Shown here one piece after another: positions 1 through 8,337 of a DNA stretch of 64,000 nucleotides. The stretch's first letter is position 1, and every line of letters starts with the position of its first letter. The position numbers were made by a program, and so were the translations under genes. Under the pieces are notes generated by a model, which was not told where the DNA came from, did not search any database, and saw only the letters and a program-made list of their open reading frames with translations. This DNA is from a virus, in the IMG/VR virus record IMGVR_UViG_3300045522_000058; one strand, written 5' to 3'.

Positions 1-112
1 AATTCCCCATGGAATATTATCTGCTTTCATTGACGTTTATAGCAATCCCCTGCCCCTGTTGACGGGAGTATAAAGTCTAGCTATTTCCTTATTTATCAAA
101 AGGAGAAAGCAA

Positions 113-358
113 TTGTCGAAGCAAACTCGAAAGCAGGCGGCTGAAATTATCGGTTTTCATCTGGGTTGGGACATCAATGATGTTAAGGATGGCGTATATC
201 ACCCGAGTACATACGTCTCACCACGCGTTTATACCTGTGGAAATGAATATTATTGTTGCCCAACCGCTGCGCAGAAGACATCAAAGGACTTCGAGTGGCA
301 GGTGGTTGGAGAACACTATGGTCGCAAGGTCTATTGTGCGAGGCCAAATTCCCTGTAA
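113..358 (+). CDS. Hypothetical phage-like protein (81 aa)
   Basis: ORF with AAAGGAG upstream of a TTG start; no recognisable domain. Confidence 0.55.
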   Translation: MSKQTRKQAAEIIGFHLGWDINDVKDGVYHPSTYVSPRVYTCGNEYYCCPTAAQKTSKDFEWQVVGEHYGRKVYCARPNSL

Positions 359-408
359 TTTTTTCTGGGGAACGGATATATATGGCATTATACGAATCTG
401 GAGGCGTT

Positions 409-1389
409 ATGAGCGAAGACAAGGCAATGCTGTCTCACAAATTCATTCATGCAGATCGTAAAAGACCACTGCAGGTTAAAACGGCTCTGTTGAACGAATT
501 CGGAATGTCTGACGAACTTGCCTCTGAGATGACATCCAGGATGTTTGGTTTTCGTTCGTGGAAGCAGCTTGAAACTGCATATAATGATCTTCGAAATGCC
601 AGCTCGACACCTGATGAACAGGTTGAAGCTGATGTCATGATCGAACGACGGTTTGAGCAGGCGAAAGTGCTGGAAGATTGTGGCATGAAAGGTTTCGCTC
701 TTAGCCATTTGGTTGTCCTCTGCTTGGAGCCGACAGGTAGTGAAAGAAAACCATCTTTGCGAAGGATGAATGAAAACCTTTTTCTCGCAGGTGATATTGC
801 TGAAAACATTGAATATGATTTGATGTCGCAGGAACTCATTAGCTTTTCAAAATCCTTAGAAGCAATGAAACGGATTCCTCGTGTATGGCTGGATTTCCTC
901 GCAAGGGAGGTCGGGTGGTTCGTTCGCCCAGTCGAAGGTATAAAGCACTTACTCTTTCGTCAGGTCGGTGAAACGCGAAGTCTAGACGGTCACATCTATC
1001 CAATTTACATGACTTCGTTCAAACACACTCCGGCCGTCGAGGCTGCCGAGATTGTTGAATTGCAGAAACTGGTAGAGCAACAAGCCACCAGAGATCGTGC
1101 GGTTGTTATATTCTCGAAGCCAACATGCAACACAAAGGTTGCAATCGAGCGCGACGATCCGAACATGCAGGTTCTTTATGGGGGCATGGCATTGCAAGAC
1201 GGCGAGTGGTGGAATTTTGTATTGCGACCCAATGCTGGTTTTGAGGACGTGCTCGTTCAGAAGGGTAAATTCAAAGGAGCTACACCGTCTGTGCGGTTTG
1301 CCAAAAAATTCGGTTATGAGGCAGCACTCATTGATATGATCGATATTCACAAGGCCCTTAATGGAGAGGGTATCAACATGAATGAGTAA
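409..1389 (+). CDS. Hypothetical protein (~326 aa)
   Basis: Long ORF (253-1389); GGAGG at 400-404 favours ATG 409. Confidence 0.7.
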   Translation: MSEDKAMLSHKFIHADRKRPLQVKTALLNEFGMSDELASEMTSRMFGFRSWKQLETAYNDLRNASSTPDEQVEADVMIERRFEQAKVLEDCGMKGFALSHLVVLCLEPTGSERKPSLRRMNENLFLAGDIAENIEYDLMSQELISFSKSLEAMKRIPRVWLDFLAREVGWFVRPVEGIKHLLFRQVGETRSLDGHIYPIYMTSFKHTPAVEAAEIVELQKLVEQQATRDRAVVIFSKPTCNTKVAIERDDPNMQVLYGGMALQDGEWWNFVLRPNAGFEDVLVQKGKFKGATPSVRFAKKFGYEAALIDMIDIHKALNGEGINMNE

Positions 1390-1467
1390 GATGAAGCCTT
1401 CATGTTAGGTGAGGATTTTGGAGGGTGGAACCATGTTTTTGTCAGATAAGTTAGCCTTTGTCGCTGA

Positions 1468-1956
1468 CTAAGGTCTCGGCGCATTCAATCTTTCCTCTTG
1501 CCACGACGAGATCACTCTCTGGAAGAACGGCAGCTCGAACGGGGTGTCGACGCCATGCTCCGCCTCGGCGTCGAAGAATTTGCCGTCATAAGTCAAGAAG
1601 ACGTGTGTTCCGCAGGAAAATCCGGCATCTGCGGATAATTGGTTTATGTCTTCCCATGTTAGGCCTTCAGGCGGTGTGATGTTGGGCCAGTATTCGGCGA
1701 TCAATTCCTGGTCGAATGGCCCCCCGCTGTCGAATGTGCATCCGGTATCTGGATCTACTTCGATGAAGCCTGCAATGTCGACAGCCTGCAATCCTTCGAT
1801 CTCTGGTAGCTTCGCGGCAATGTCATCAGCGAAGCCATCACAGAGGCCGTGGTTGATCGTCATGACATCGGGCGCTTGTCCAGTCGCGATGTATTCCTCA
1901 CGTAGCGCTATAATGGCTTCAGCGATTTTCTGTTCAGCAATTTGGATGTCCGACAT
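1468..1956 (-). CDS. Hypothetical protein, possible papain/transglutaminase-like Cys-His-Asp fold
   Basis: 162-aa ORF with INHGLCDGFA ... GTHVF ... FFDAE motifs; fold call is inference. Confidence 0.6.
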   Translation of the reverse strand: MSDIQIAEQKIAEAIIALREEYIATGQAPDVMTINHGLCDGFADDIAAKLPEIEGLQAVDIAGFIEVDPDTGCTFDSGGPFDQELIAEYWPNITPPEGLTWEDINQLSADAGFSCGTHVFLTYDGKFFDAEAEHGVDTPFELPFFQRVISSWQEERLNAPRP

Positions 1957-2032
1957 TGAGTATTACCCGAGCTTAAATGTTTTGATGCCTTCAGACTCTC
2001 AGAGCATATTGCTAGCCACAATATCCAGCTAG

Positions 2033-2132
2033 TCAGCACATCTTCATAGAAGGCAGGAATACATCCTGGATATTGGTGGCAACTATCTTTGCATGCTCTG
2101 ACATCAGTATCGTGTTACGCCCGAAATCTCGA
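2033..2132 (-). pseudogene. C-terminal fragment of IS-interrupted kinase-like gene
   Basis: Minus strand reads (I)RDFGRNTILMSEHAKIVATNIQDVFLPSMKMC*, in frame with ORF 4699-4119 once 2140-4125 is removed; supplies the missing DFG motif. Confidence 0.8.
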
Positions 2133-2139
2133 ATAACAA

Positions 2140-4125
2140 GCGCTCTCCGACATCTGAGGTTGACGTTTCAATTAAATCTGATAAGAATTAATACCTAAGT
2201 TGGGCTTGTGGTTGATATTTGATCAGAACATTTGAAACACGTCTGGATTTAAGAGCGGATGATTTGCTTCCGCTCGTAGACGTGTTGGATCAATATAGTT
2301 CGGTTATGAACCATACCCAAAGAGTTATTCATGCCAAGCTGAAAGCGGGTCACGTCTGGACTGGTGATTTACATAAAAAGCTCTATCGTGATCTTGGAAT
2401 CGGCTCCGTTCATCTGAATATGGCATATCGCCAGTTAATGGCTAAACTTAGCTCCATCAAAGAACTGGCAAAATCTCGCGTGAATGACCTGAAGGACAAG
2501 ATCAAGTCTAAAGAAGGTGAAATTGGCAAGAAGAATAAGGCCGTTGCTAAAAACAAGCGCGACACGCAAAAACTGCAGGCTGAGATCGCGATCTGGAAAG
2601 AACGTGTTTTGCGTTTTAAAGCGGCAGTTAATGATGGGCATACAGATTCAGAAAAACATCTGAAACGTTCGATCAATGAATATTATGCTTATTTAGATCA
2701 GTTGCGTGAATTAAAGGTAATTCGCAAAAATCTTGAATTTGCCCTGCACCAGAATAAACGGCGTTTGGGTAATTTGCGCGATAAACTGAAAATAGCGGAA
2801 AAAGCAGTTTCCAATCCATCGATCTGCTTCGGAACAAAAAAGCTGTTCAAACAGCAGTTTTATCTCAAAGAAAATGATTTTAAAGATCATAAAGAATGGT
2901 CTGAGGCATGGAGAGCCGCGCGTAACAGCCAATTTAAATTTGAGGGAGACTCCTTACAAGCGGGAGGTAATTTATTTGCCAGATTATCTGTCAGAGACGA
3001 TGGCCTGTTTGACCTTGAACTGCGTTTACCGGAGAAGCTGAAACATCTGGCTCAAGAAACCATTCGTAATGGCCATGTCAATTTGGTGCGTTTTTATGGT
3101 CTGTCGTTTAATCACGGTTCGGATGTTGTTCGTGAAGCTCTGAGCAACAAACAGCCTGTGACTGTTTCATTCATCAAGGATGAAACATCATGGAAGGTAT
3201 CGGTCACCGTTGATCAGAAGCTCGAATGGATTGAGCCTGATTATAGCTGTGGTGCATTGGGCGTTGATTTTAATGCCAATCATGTCGCTGTTTCGCTCAT
3301 CGACCGTTTCGGAAACCCAGTTAAGTCATGGACATTGCCACTTAACACATATGGTTTGAGTGGTGACCAGGCTCAGGATTTAATCCGCAAATGCGCCAAG
3401 CAGATCATCGACATTGCGTTGGAATATGGCGTGCCAATCGTCAGCGAAAAGCTCGACTTTGCACGTAAGAAACGGGAATTAAAAGCTGAGGATGGGGCTA
3501 AATACGCCCGTATGTTGTCAGCCCTGACCTATAGCGGCTTTGACGCAGCATTGGCTTCAGCCTGTGCGCGTTTCCGCGTTGCACACAGGCGGGTTAATCC
3601 CGCCTATACCTCTTTGATCGGTCGTGTGAAGTTTGCTAGTAGTTATGGCTTGAGCGTCCACACAGCTGCCGCAGTTTCCATTGCTCGCAGGGCAATGGGA
3701 TTTTCCGAGGGATTACCTCGTCAGTTGAATGGAACAGTGATTGTTCCATTCAACAATTCCGAACATGTCACCTTTGCTCTACCTGCAAGGAAAGAAAAAG
3801 GCGCTGTGGCTAAGGCCAAGCCTGCAAAGCATGTGTGGTCGGAATGGAGAGAGTTGAACAAGGAAATGATAAAGGCTCATGCAGAGCAAAGGCTGTCTGG
3901 ACGAGTTAAACGTTCCAGACCCTTCACCCGTCGTCACTGGCGGGAGTGTGGTGGTGCATCTTATCTGCACCATGGTCTTTCTGGATTAATCGGCCGTGCC
4001 GTGACGATCCAGCTTAGTCGTAACGGCCAAGGGCTGGCCAAGCGCCAGGAAGCAATTCCTGAAATGAAAATCCAGCAAAGAGGTCAAAACACAGTTTCAA
4101 CCTCTTTGCTGGATAGCCATAACAA
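2140..4125 (+). mobile_element. TnpB-only IS200/IS605 (IS1341-like) element, ~1986 bp
   Basis: ATAACAA at both 2133-2139 and 4119-4125; perfect 15-bp subterminal hairpin at 4070-4084/4100-4114; encodes TnpB and no TnpA; removal restores the host ORF. Confidence 0.8.
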
Positions 4126-4156
4126 TCCTGTCGGCGTCGGTCCTTCCTATATTTGA
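2219..4156 (+). CDS. tnpB: IS200/IS605 accessory TnpB-like RuvC protein (645 aa) with long coiled-coil insert
   Basis: RuvC-I GALGVDFNANHVAV, RuvC-II IVSEKLDF, VNPAYTSLIG...SVHTAAAVSIARR; HVWSEW tail; no Zn finger. Confidence 0.85.
   Translation: MIRTFETRLDLRADDLLPLVDVLDQYSSVMNHTQRVIHAKLKAGHVWTGDLHKKLYRDLGIGSVHLNMAYRQLMAKLSSIKELAKSRVNDLKDKIKSKEGEIGKKNKAVAKNKRDTQKLQAEIAIWKERVLRFKAAVNDGHTDSEKHLKRSINEYYAYLDQLRELKVIRKNLEFALHQNKRRLGNLRDKLKIAEKAVSNPSICFGTKKLFKQQFYLKENDFKDHKEWSEAWRAARNSQFKFEGDSLQAGGNLFARLSVRDDGLFDLELRLPEKLKHLAQETIRNGHVNLVRFYGLSFNHGSDVVREALSNKQPVTVSFIKDETSWKVSVTVDQKLEWIEPDYSCGALGVDFNANHVAVSLIDRFGNPVKSWTLPLNTYGLSGDQAQDLIRKCAKQIIDIALEYGVPIVSEKLDFARKKRELKAEDGAKYARMLSALTYSGFDAALASACARFRVAHRRVNPAYTSLIGRVKFASSYGLSVHTAAAVSIARRAMGFSEGLPRQLNGTVIVPFNNSEHVTFALPARKEKGAVAKAKPAKHVWSEWRELNKEMIKAHAEQRLSGRVKRSRPFTRRHWRECGGASYLHHGLSGLIGRAVTIQLSRNGQGLAKRQEAIPEMKIQQRGQNTVSTSLLDSHNNPVGVGPSYI
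3920..4145 (+). ncRNA. Candidate omega (re)RNA overlapping the tnpB 3' end; guide ~4126-4145
   Basis: Nested stems (GGCCGT..ACGGCC, CAGGAA..TTCCTG, 15-bp hairpin) run up to the element end. TnpB guide RNAs are known to derive from the right end plus flank. Boundaries approximate. Confidence 0.5.
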
Positions 4157-4699
4157 GAAGACGAGGTCAGTGACAGTGATGCCTGTCTTTTGAGCATATT
4201 CGTTCAACGAGATATAGACGTCAGTCAGCTTTTGAATGTCTTCAGGATGCTTTTTGACAGCCAATTTAAAAACTGGATCCTCTACCAATTCATAGTTGCC
4301 ATTAAGGAATGGCCAAACGATACGGCAGATGCGCTGCTTATCGCCATTATCATCATTCATTTCATCAAAAACGTCACCGACTTCTTCTCGGATTATAGCG
4401 AAATATGGTCCGAATTCGTCCACCATTCGATGTACGCTATCAATTTTAGGAAAGAGAGCATTCGGATTATCGACGAGGTAAGAAGCTAACGCCGCCTCTT
4501 CTTCGCAATCAGTGATCTTGAAAACTTTTTGATCATTAAGAAGGAAGCATCGTCCTTGAATACCAGAGCCAATCTCCGCCAAAATTTCCAGAGATAGCGA
4601 GGCTTCAAGAATTCTAACCCGTTCTTCAGTATCAGGAAGTCTTATGGATTGAAGGTCAATTTTGCCATCCGAGGTCTGCGGAATATCAGAAATAATCAT
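4119..4699 (-). pseudogene. Kinase-like (APH/protein kinase fold) gene, N-terminal part, IS-interrupted
   Basis: EIGSGIQGRCF (Gly loop), VFKIT, DLVFSNIG catalytic-loop-like motif; truncated just before DFG. Confidence 0.75.
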
Positions 4700-4758
4700 C
4701 TTATTATCAAGGAGTTTTAATTTATTTCTAATGTTAAGTTATGAAAATAACAAGAGAA

Positions 4759-5724
4759 TTAATACGATCTAGGTAAGCCCCAAAATCGTATGCAATGAGG
4801 GCCATTAGGTGTGTAGCGCAGTATCTGGACAGGTGATTTAACGGTTGAGCCAATCGAGTCTGATATGGTTATTGAAAAGCTTGTCTCTGAAATGCTACCG
4901 TCTTCCCCAGAACAAGCATTGGCTTCAATAATTGGGCCAAGAGGTAGCTCAACCTCCGTCATAGGACTGTTTGCTATTTCAAAGTTGGCCCCCCTGTCAG
5001 CTGCAAAATTAAGTGCGTCAATAATATTCTCCGAAGTAAATGGTGTCATGCTATCGCTAGGGAATGACGACCCAACAACATTCAAAACAGCATTGTAGGG
5101 AGGAACGCCTCCGCGCACCATAATAAAATTTGTATCAAATGTTCTTTGCTCAGTTGACGTTATATCAATCAGATCTGGCCAAGAAGCCGTTGAAATGGAT
5201 AATGGTGCATGATCAAAATCTTGTCGGTCTAAATCAAAGCTTGTTGTGATAGTTTCACCGTCCCCAGTAAAAGTTATATTCCCAGTTTTAATATTGTCAC
5301 CATAATTGAAATTGACCATGTGATAAGATAGATAGGAATCCTCTGTTATTTCAGGAGCAGTTCCAGCTGGAATAGGCATGATAACGCCATAAGAGTTTGG
5401 AACGTTTGTTGAAATACTTGGCTCAGACTTGAAGCCAGTCGCAATAAATTGCATCACTCCCGAGCCTGAATATTTACCGTTTCCATAAACCTTTACGTAG
5501 GGTTGAGCTGAAGACTGTGGGTGCGATCCTGTAGTACGCGATACAATGCCATCTATAAATCGAGGTTTTTTGTTCGTCTCGCCGCCGTCAGTTTCGGGGG
5601 GCTTTGTAGCCAGAGTTCCATTGGAATTGTAGCGGAATAGAATTTTAGTGTCAGCCGCGTGTGAAAAAGTCACTATGCTTGCCAACACCGAAGATGCTAA
5701 TGACAGTGTCATGAGTTTCAGCAT
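4759..5724 (-). CDS. Secreted hypothetical protein (321 aa)
   Basis: Signal peptide ending SHA-ADTKILFRY; Ser/Thr/Gly-rich, beta-strand-like body. Confidence 0.75.
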   Translation of the reverse strand: MLKLMTLSLASSVLASIVTFSHAADTKILFRYNSNGTLATKPPETDGGETNKKPRFIDGIVSRTTGSHPQSSAQPYVKVYGNGKYSGSGVMQFIATGFKSEPSISTNVPNSYGVIMPIPAGTAPEITEDSYLSYHMVNFNYGDNIKTGNITFTGDGETITTSFDLDRQDFDHAPLSISTASWPDLIDITSTEQRTFDTNFIMVRGGVPPYNAVLNVVGSSFPSDSMTPFTSENIIDALNFAADRGANFEIANSPMTEVELPLGPIIEANACSGEDGSISETSFSITISDSIGSTVKSPVQILRYTPNGPHCIRFWGLPRSY

Positions 5725-5910
5725 ATTTTTAATCCTAGAACAGTTGCAAAAAATATATATTATGGTTATCTGAAATAATAATTAGCAGCCACATTCAACA
5801 ACATCAATAGATGCGTCTGAAATATTTGGTATAAAGAAGCTAAGGTACTGAACACAATCGAAATAATATATCGCGACAATGCACGAGTTTATAGGGGGAG
5901 GAGAAACATA

Positions 5911-6171
5911 ATGGCCGAAAATAAGTCGCTTATAAAGAAATCGGGTATTGGTTTGGCGGTCTTGGGTTTAGTAACGTCTATTTTCCAGATTAATATCGCG
6001 GCAGCACAGACTCCCGTCGCTCAGTTCAATGTCGGAATGCGGATTGTTGATCCATGTGCCATGAAGGGAGAAAAGTGGTCAATACAATGCATTAAGTTGA
6101 AACAGCAACAAATTAGAACTGCTAAGAAAACTAAGAGTAAAAATTATATAAAGAAAAGCACCTCAAGATAG
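5911..6171 (+). CDS. Small secreted/membrane protein (86 aa)
   Basis: GGAGGAG SD; hydrophobic N-terminus, AAA-Q cleavage-like site, QFNVGMRIVDPC. Confidence 0.6.
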   Translation: MAENKSLIKKSGIGLAVLGLVTSIFQINIAAAQTPVAQFNVGMRIVDPCAMKGEKWSIQCIKLKQQQIRTAKKTKSKNYIKKSTSR

Positions 6172-6253
6172 AGGTGCAATATATTCGCAAGCAATAAAAT
6201 CGGCTATAGTAATAAGCAACTGAATTATATTTATTATTATCGATGCGACTTTT

Positions 6254-6670
6254 CTAATCGGGTTTTGGATACCCGACATTGATGATTTCTACACGATATC
6301 CGTTCTTGGTTGCCTGCTCCCAGAAGTCAGAAGCGAAATAGATATCAAGTTTTTCGGACATAAAATGATTGAGATGCGTTCGTGTGAAATCTAGCTTCAT
6401 ACTCTCTAAAGCGCGTCTGCGCTGGCTTTCATCAATGCGCATACCGCCTGGAGCAAAATTCTCAAAACAGCTTCCGTTAGACACTACTAAGCCATTTGGG
6501 TTGATCGCTACTGCTATGACACCTTTTGCTGTGTTGTTATCTTTTTCAGCGTCAAATGCTCTCAGATGCGCTTCAAGAAGGGATCTCAATTTAGGTGTCA
6601 GCGTCTTGTTGCCCTGTGTGGATTTAATGAGTTCGTAGATAAAATCACCGATTTCTTTGTCAAAGCTCAT
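6254..6670 (-). CDS. Hypothetical protein
   Basis: ORF 6254-6760; probable start MSFDKEIG at 6670. Confidence 0.6.
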   Translation of the reverse strand: MSFDKEIGDFIYELIKSTQGNKTLTPKLRSLLEAHLRAFDAEKDNNTAKGVIAVAINPNGLVVSNGSCFENFAPGGMRIDESQRRRALESMKLDFTRTHLNHFMSEKLDIYFASDFWEQATKNGYRVEIINVGYPKPD

Positions 6671-6841
6671 TCGGGTACCCTTTAATTTGAAACAGATGTC
6701 AGAAATAATGATCTTTGAGATTAATGTAATTAACGTAATCTGCAAATTAAAAATACGCAAAAAACTGGTAATATTCGACTTGGATAATTCAAAATATCGG
6801 CCACACTATCATTAGTTCATATTTATATAATTTGGAGCGTT

Positions 6842-7840
6842 TTGTCGGTGGCTTTTAGATTTATTGATTTGTTTGCAGGTATAGGTGGCATTCGCACCGC
6901 TGCTGAAATAAACGGCGGCCAATGTGTATTTTCTTCTGAAATCAATGAAAGTGCCGCTGCCACATATCAATTAAATTATGGTGAGAAACCCGTTGGTGAT
7001 ATAACAAAGGTGAACGAATCAGATATTCCGTCACATGATGTGTTGTTTGCGGGGTTTCCGTGTCAGCCATTTTCGATCTGTGGCTTTAAAAAAGGTTTTG
7101 AAGACACTCGTGGAACGCTGTTTTTCCATATAATGAGAATTGCACGTTACCATAAAACGAAATGTTTAATTCTAGAAAACGTTAAACATCTGAAGGACCA
7201 CGATGGTGGCGACACGATGAATGTCATCATTAATACTCTTGTTGAATCCGGATATCATGTTTCCTACAGTATATTAAATGCTGTAAATTTTGGATTACCA
7301 CAAAACAGAGAGAGAACAATAGTCGTCGCTTCTTTGGATAAATCATTTAATTTTGACAATTTAATTCAAAATAAATCTATGAGCATGGCCTCGATACTTG
7401 AGAAAGATGCGGAATTTGAATATCTAAATGCGAACGATTACACACTTCTATCTGATGACGTTATTAAGAGACAGCCCCTTTCGGGACTTCGTTTCGTAGG
7501 ATACAGGAACCGAAATTTAAGAAAAGTCGGTGTCCGTGAAGGTACAGAACATCTATCCAGGGTCCATAAGCAACCAAATAGAATTTATTGTTCATCTGGA
7601 ACACATCCTACGTTGGCAGCTGGAGAAAGCTCTGGACGTTATTGGATTTTCATTGATGGCAAAGTTAGAAAACTGACGATGAAAGAGTGTTATCGTCTTC
7701 AGGGATTTGGAGACAATTTTATAATTCATCAGAACCCAACTGCAGCATATAAGCAGATCGGAAACTCTGTTCCAGTTCCAATGATCGCTGAAGTCGTGCG
7801 TTCGGCTGTTGAGCAGAGGCTGATAGGCGGCCGTTCGTAA
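6842..7840 (+). CDS. dcm: DNA (cytosine-5)-methyltransferase, orphan
   Basis: FIDLFAGIGG, AGFPCQPFS, ENV, QNRER, YKQIGNSVPV motifs; no adjacent endonuclease gene. Confidence 0.95.
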   Translation: MSVAFRFIDLFAGIGGIRTAAEINGGQCVFSSEINESAAATYQLNYGEKPVGDITKVNESDIPSHDVLFAGFPCQPFSICGFKKGFEDTRGTLFFHIMRIARYHKTKCLILENVKHLKDHDGGDTMNVIINTLVESGYHVSYSILNAVNFGLPQNRERTIVVASLDKSFNFDNLIQNKSMSMASILEKDAEFEYLNANDYTLLSDDVIKRQPLSGLRFVGYRNRNLRKVGVREGTEHLSRVHKQPNRIYCSSGTHPTLAAGESSGRYWIFIDGKVRKLTMKECYRLQGFGDNFIIHQNPTAAYKQIGNSVPVPMIAEVVRSAVEQRLIGGRS

Positions 7841-7865
7841 AAACGCCGCTGTAGCAATTTAATTT

Positions 7866-8073
7866 AAAATAATCCGCCTGTGCGGCGGTTAACGAGAAGA
7901 AAAAATCGCTACGCATCGTTAGTATATTCAGAGCCGCCTGTGCGGCGGTTAGCCGTTCGTGGAGTTCTTCTGCGATGGGCACTGTATTCAGAGCCGCCTG
8001 TGCGGCGGTTAGCCACCGGATGGAGACGCCTGATCGATCAGGCAAATTCAGAGCCGCCTGTGCGGCGGTTAGC
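7866..8073 (-). CRISPR. Type I-F-like CRISPR mini-array: 4 repeats (28 bp), 3 spacers (32 bp)
   Basis: Repeat GCTAACCGCCGCACAGGCGGCTCTGAAT (minus strand) at 7926-7953, 7986-8013 and 8046-8073, with a degenerate copy at 7866-7893; exact 60-bp period; CCGCC/GGCGG stem in the same register as the Cas6f substrate. Confidence 0.9.
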
Positions 8074-8280
8074 TCTCCCGAAAAGAGGGATAATGTAGGC
8101 GCAGCAACAATTTCAAAGAACAATAGGGTCAGACCCCAATTTTTTGAAGGTACAATAAAACCCAGTAGATTCAAGGCTTATTTTTAATCGCAATAAAATC
8201 GGGGACTGACCCTATTGTTAGAAAAATATTGTTAGATATCCTTAAATAAACGCAACAATAAGCTTATTATTGTCACAGTA
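8074..8280 (-). promoter_or_regulatory. CRISPR leader with long inverted repeat
   Basis: AT-rich region on the non-degenerate side of the array; IR 8119-8143 / 8195-8219 (23/25 match). Confidence 0.6.
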
Positions 8281-8337
8281 TTGTTGACTTCTTCATTTGA
8301 AATTCGTAAAGAGTTTTCAATGAAAGGAACCACCAAA

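Noticed and set aside
2140-4125. IStron/self-splicing rescue of the kinase
   Set aside because: The element is antisense to the kinase, and I saw no group I or II intron core motifs or room for them.
4539-4555. GGACGATGCTTCCTTCT, a partial fourth copy of the RNA motif
   Set aside because: Lies in kinase coding sequence (GRCFLL), has an extra base, and lacks the CCATG part and a promoter.
2219-8073. TnpB as a Cas12-like effector of the array
   Set aside because: They are 3.7 kb apart with unrelated genes between, the repeat is Cas6f-type, and TnpB has its own IS ends.
7719-8174. 151-aa ORF with LTAAQAALN repeats
   Set aside because: Translation artefact of the 60-bp CRISPR period.
6191-8202. 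GCAATAAAATCGG at 6191-6203 and 8190-8202
   Set aside because: Only two AT-rich copies in unrelated contexts; compatible with chance.
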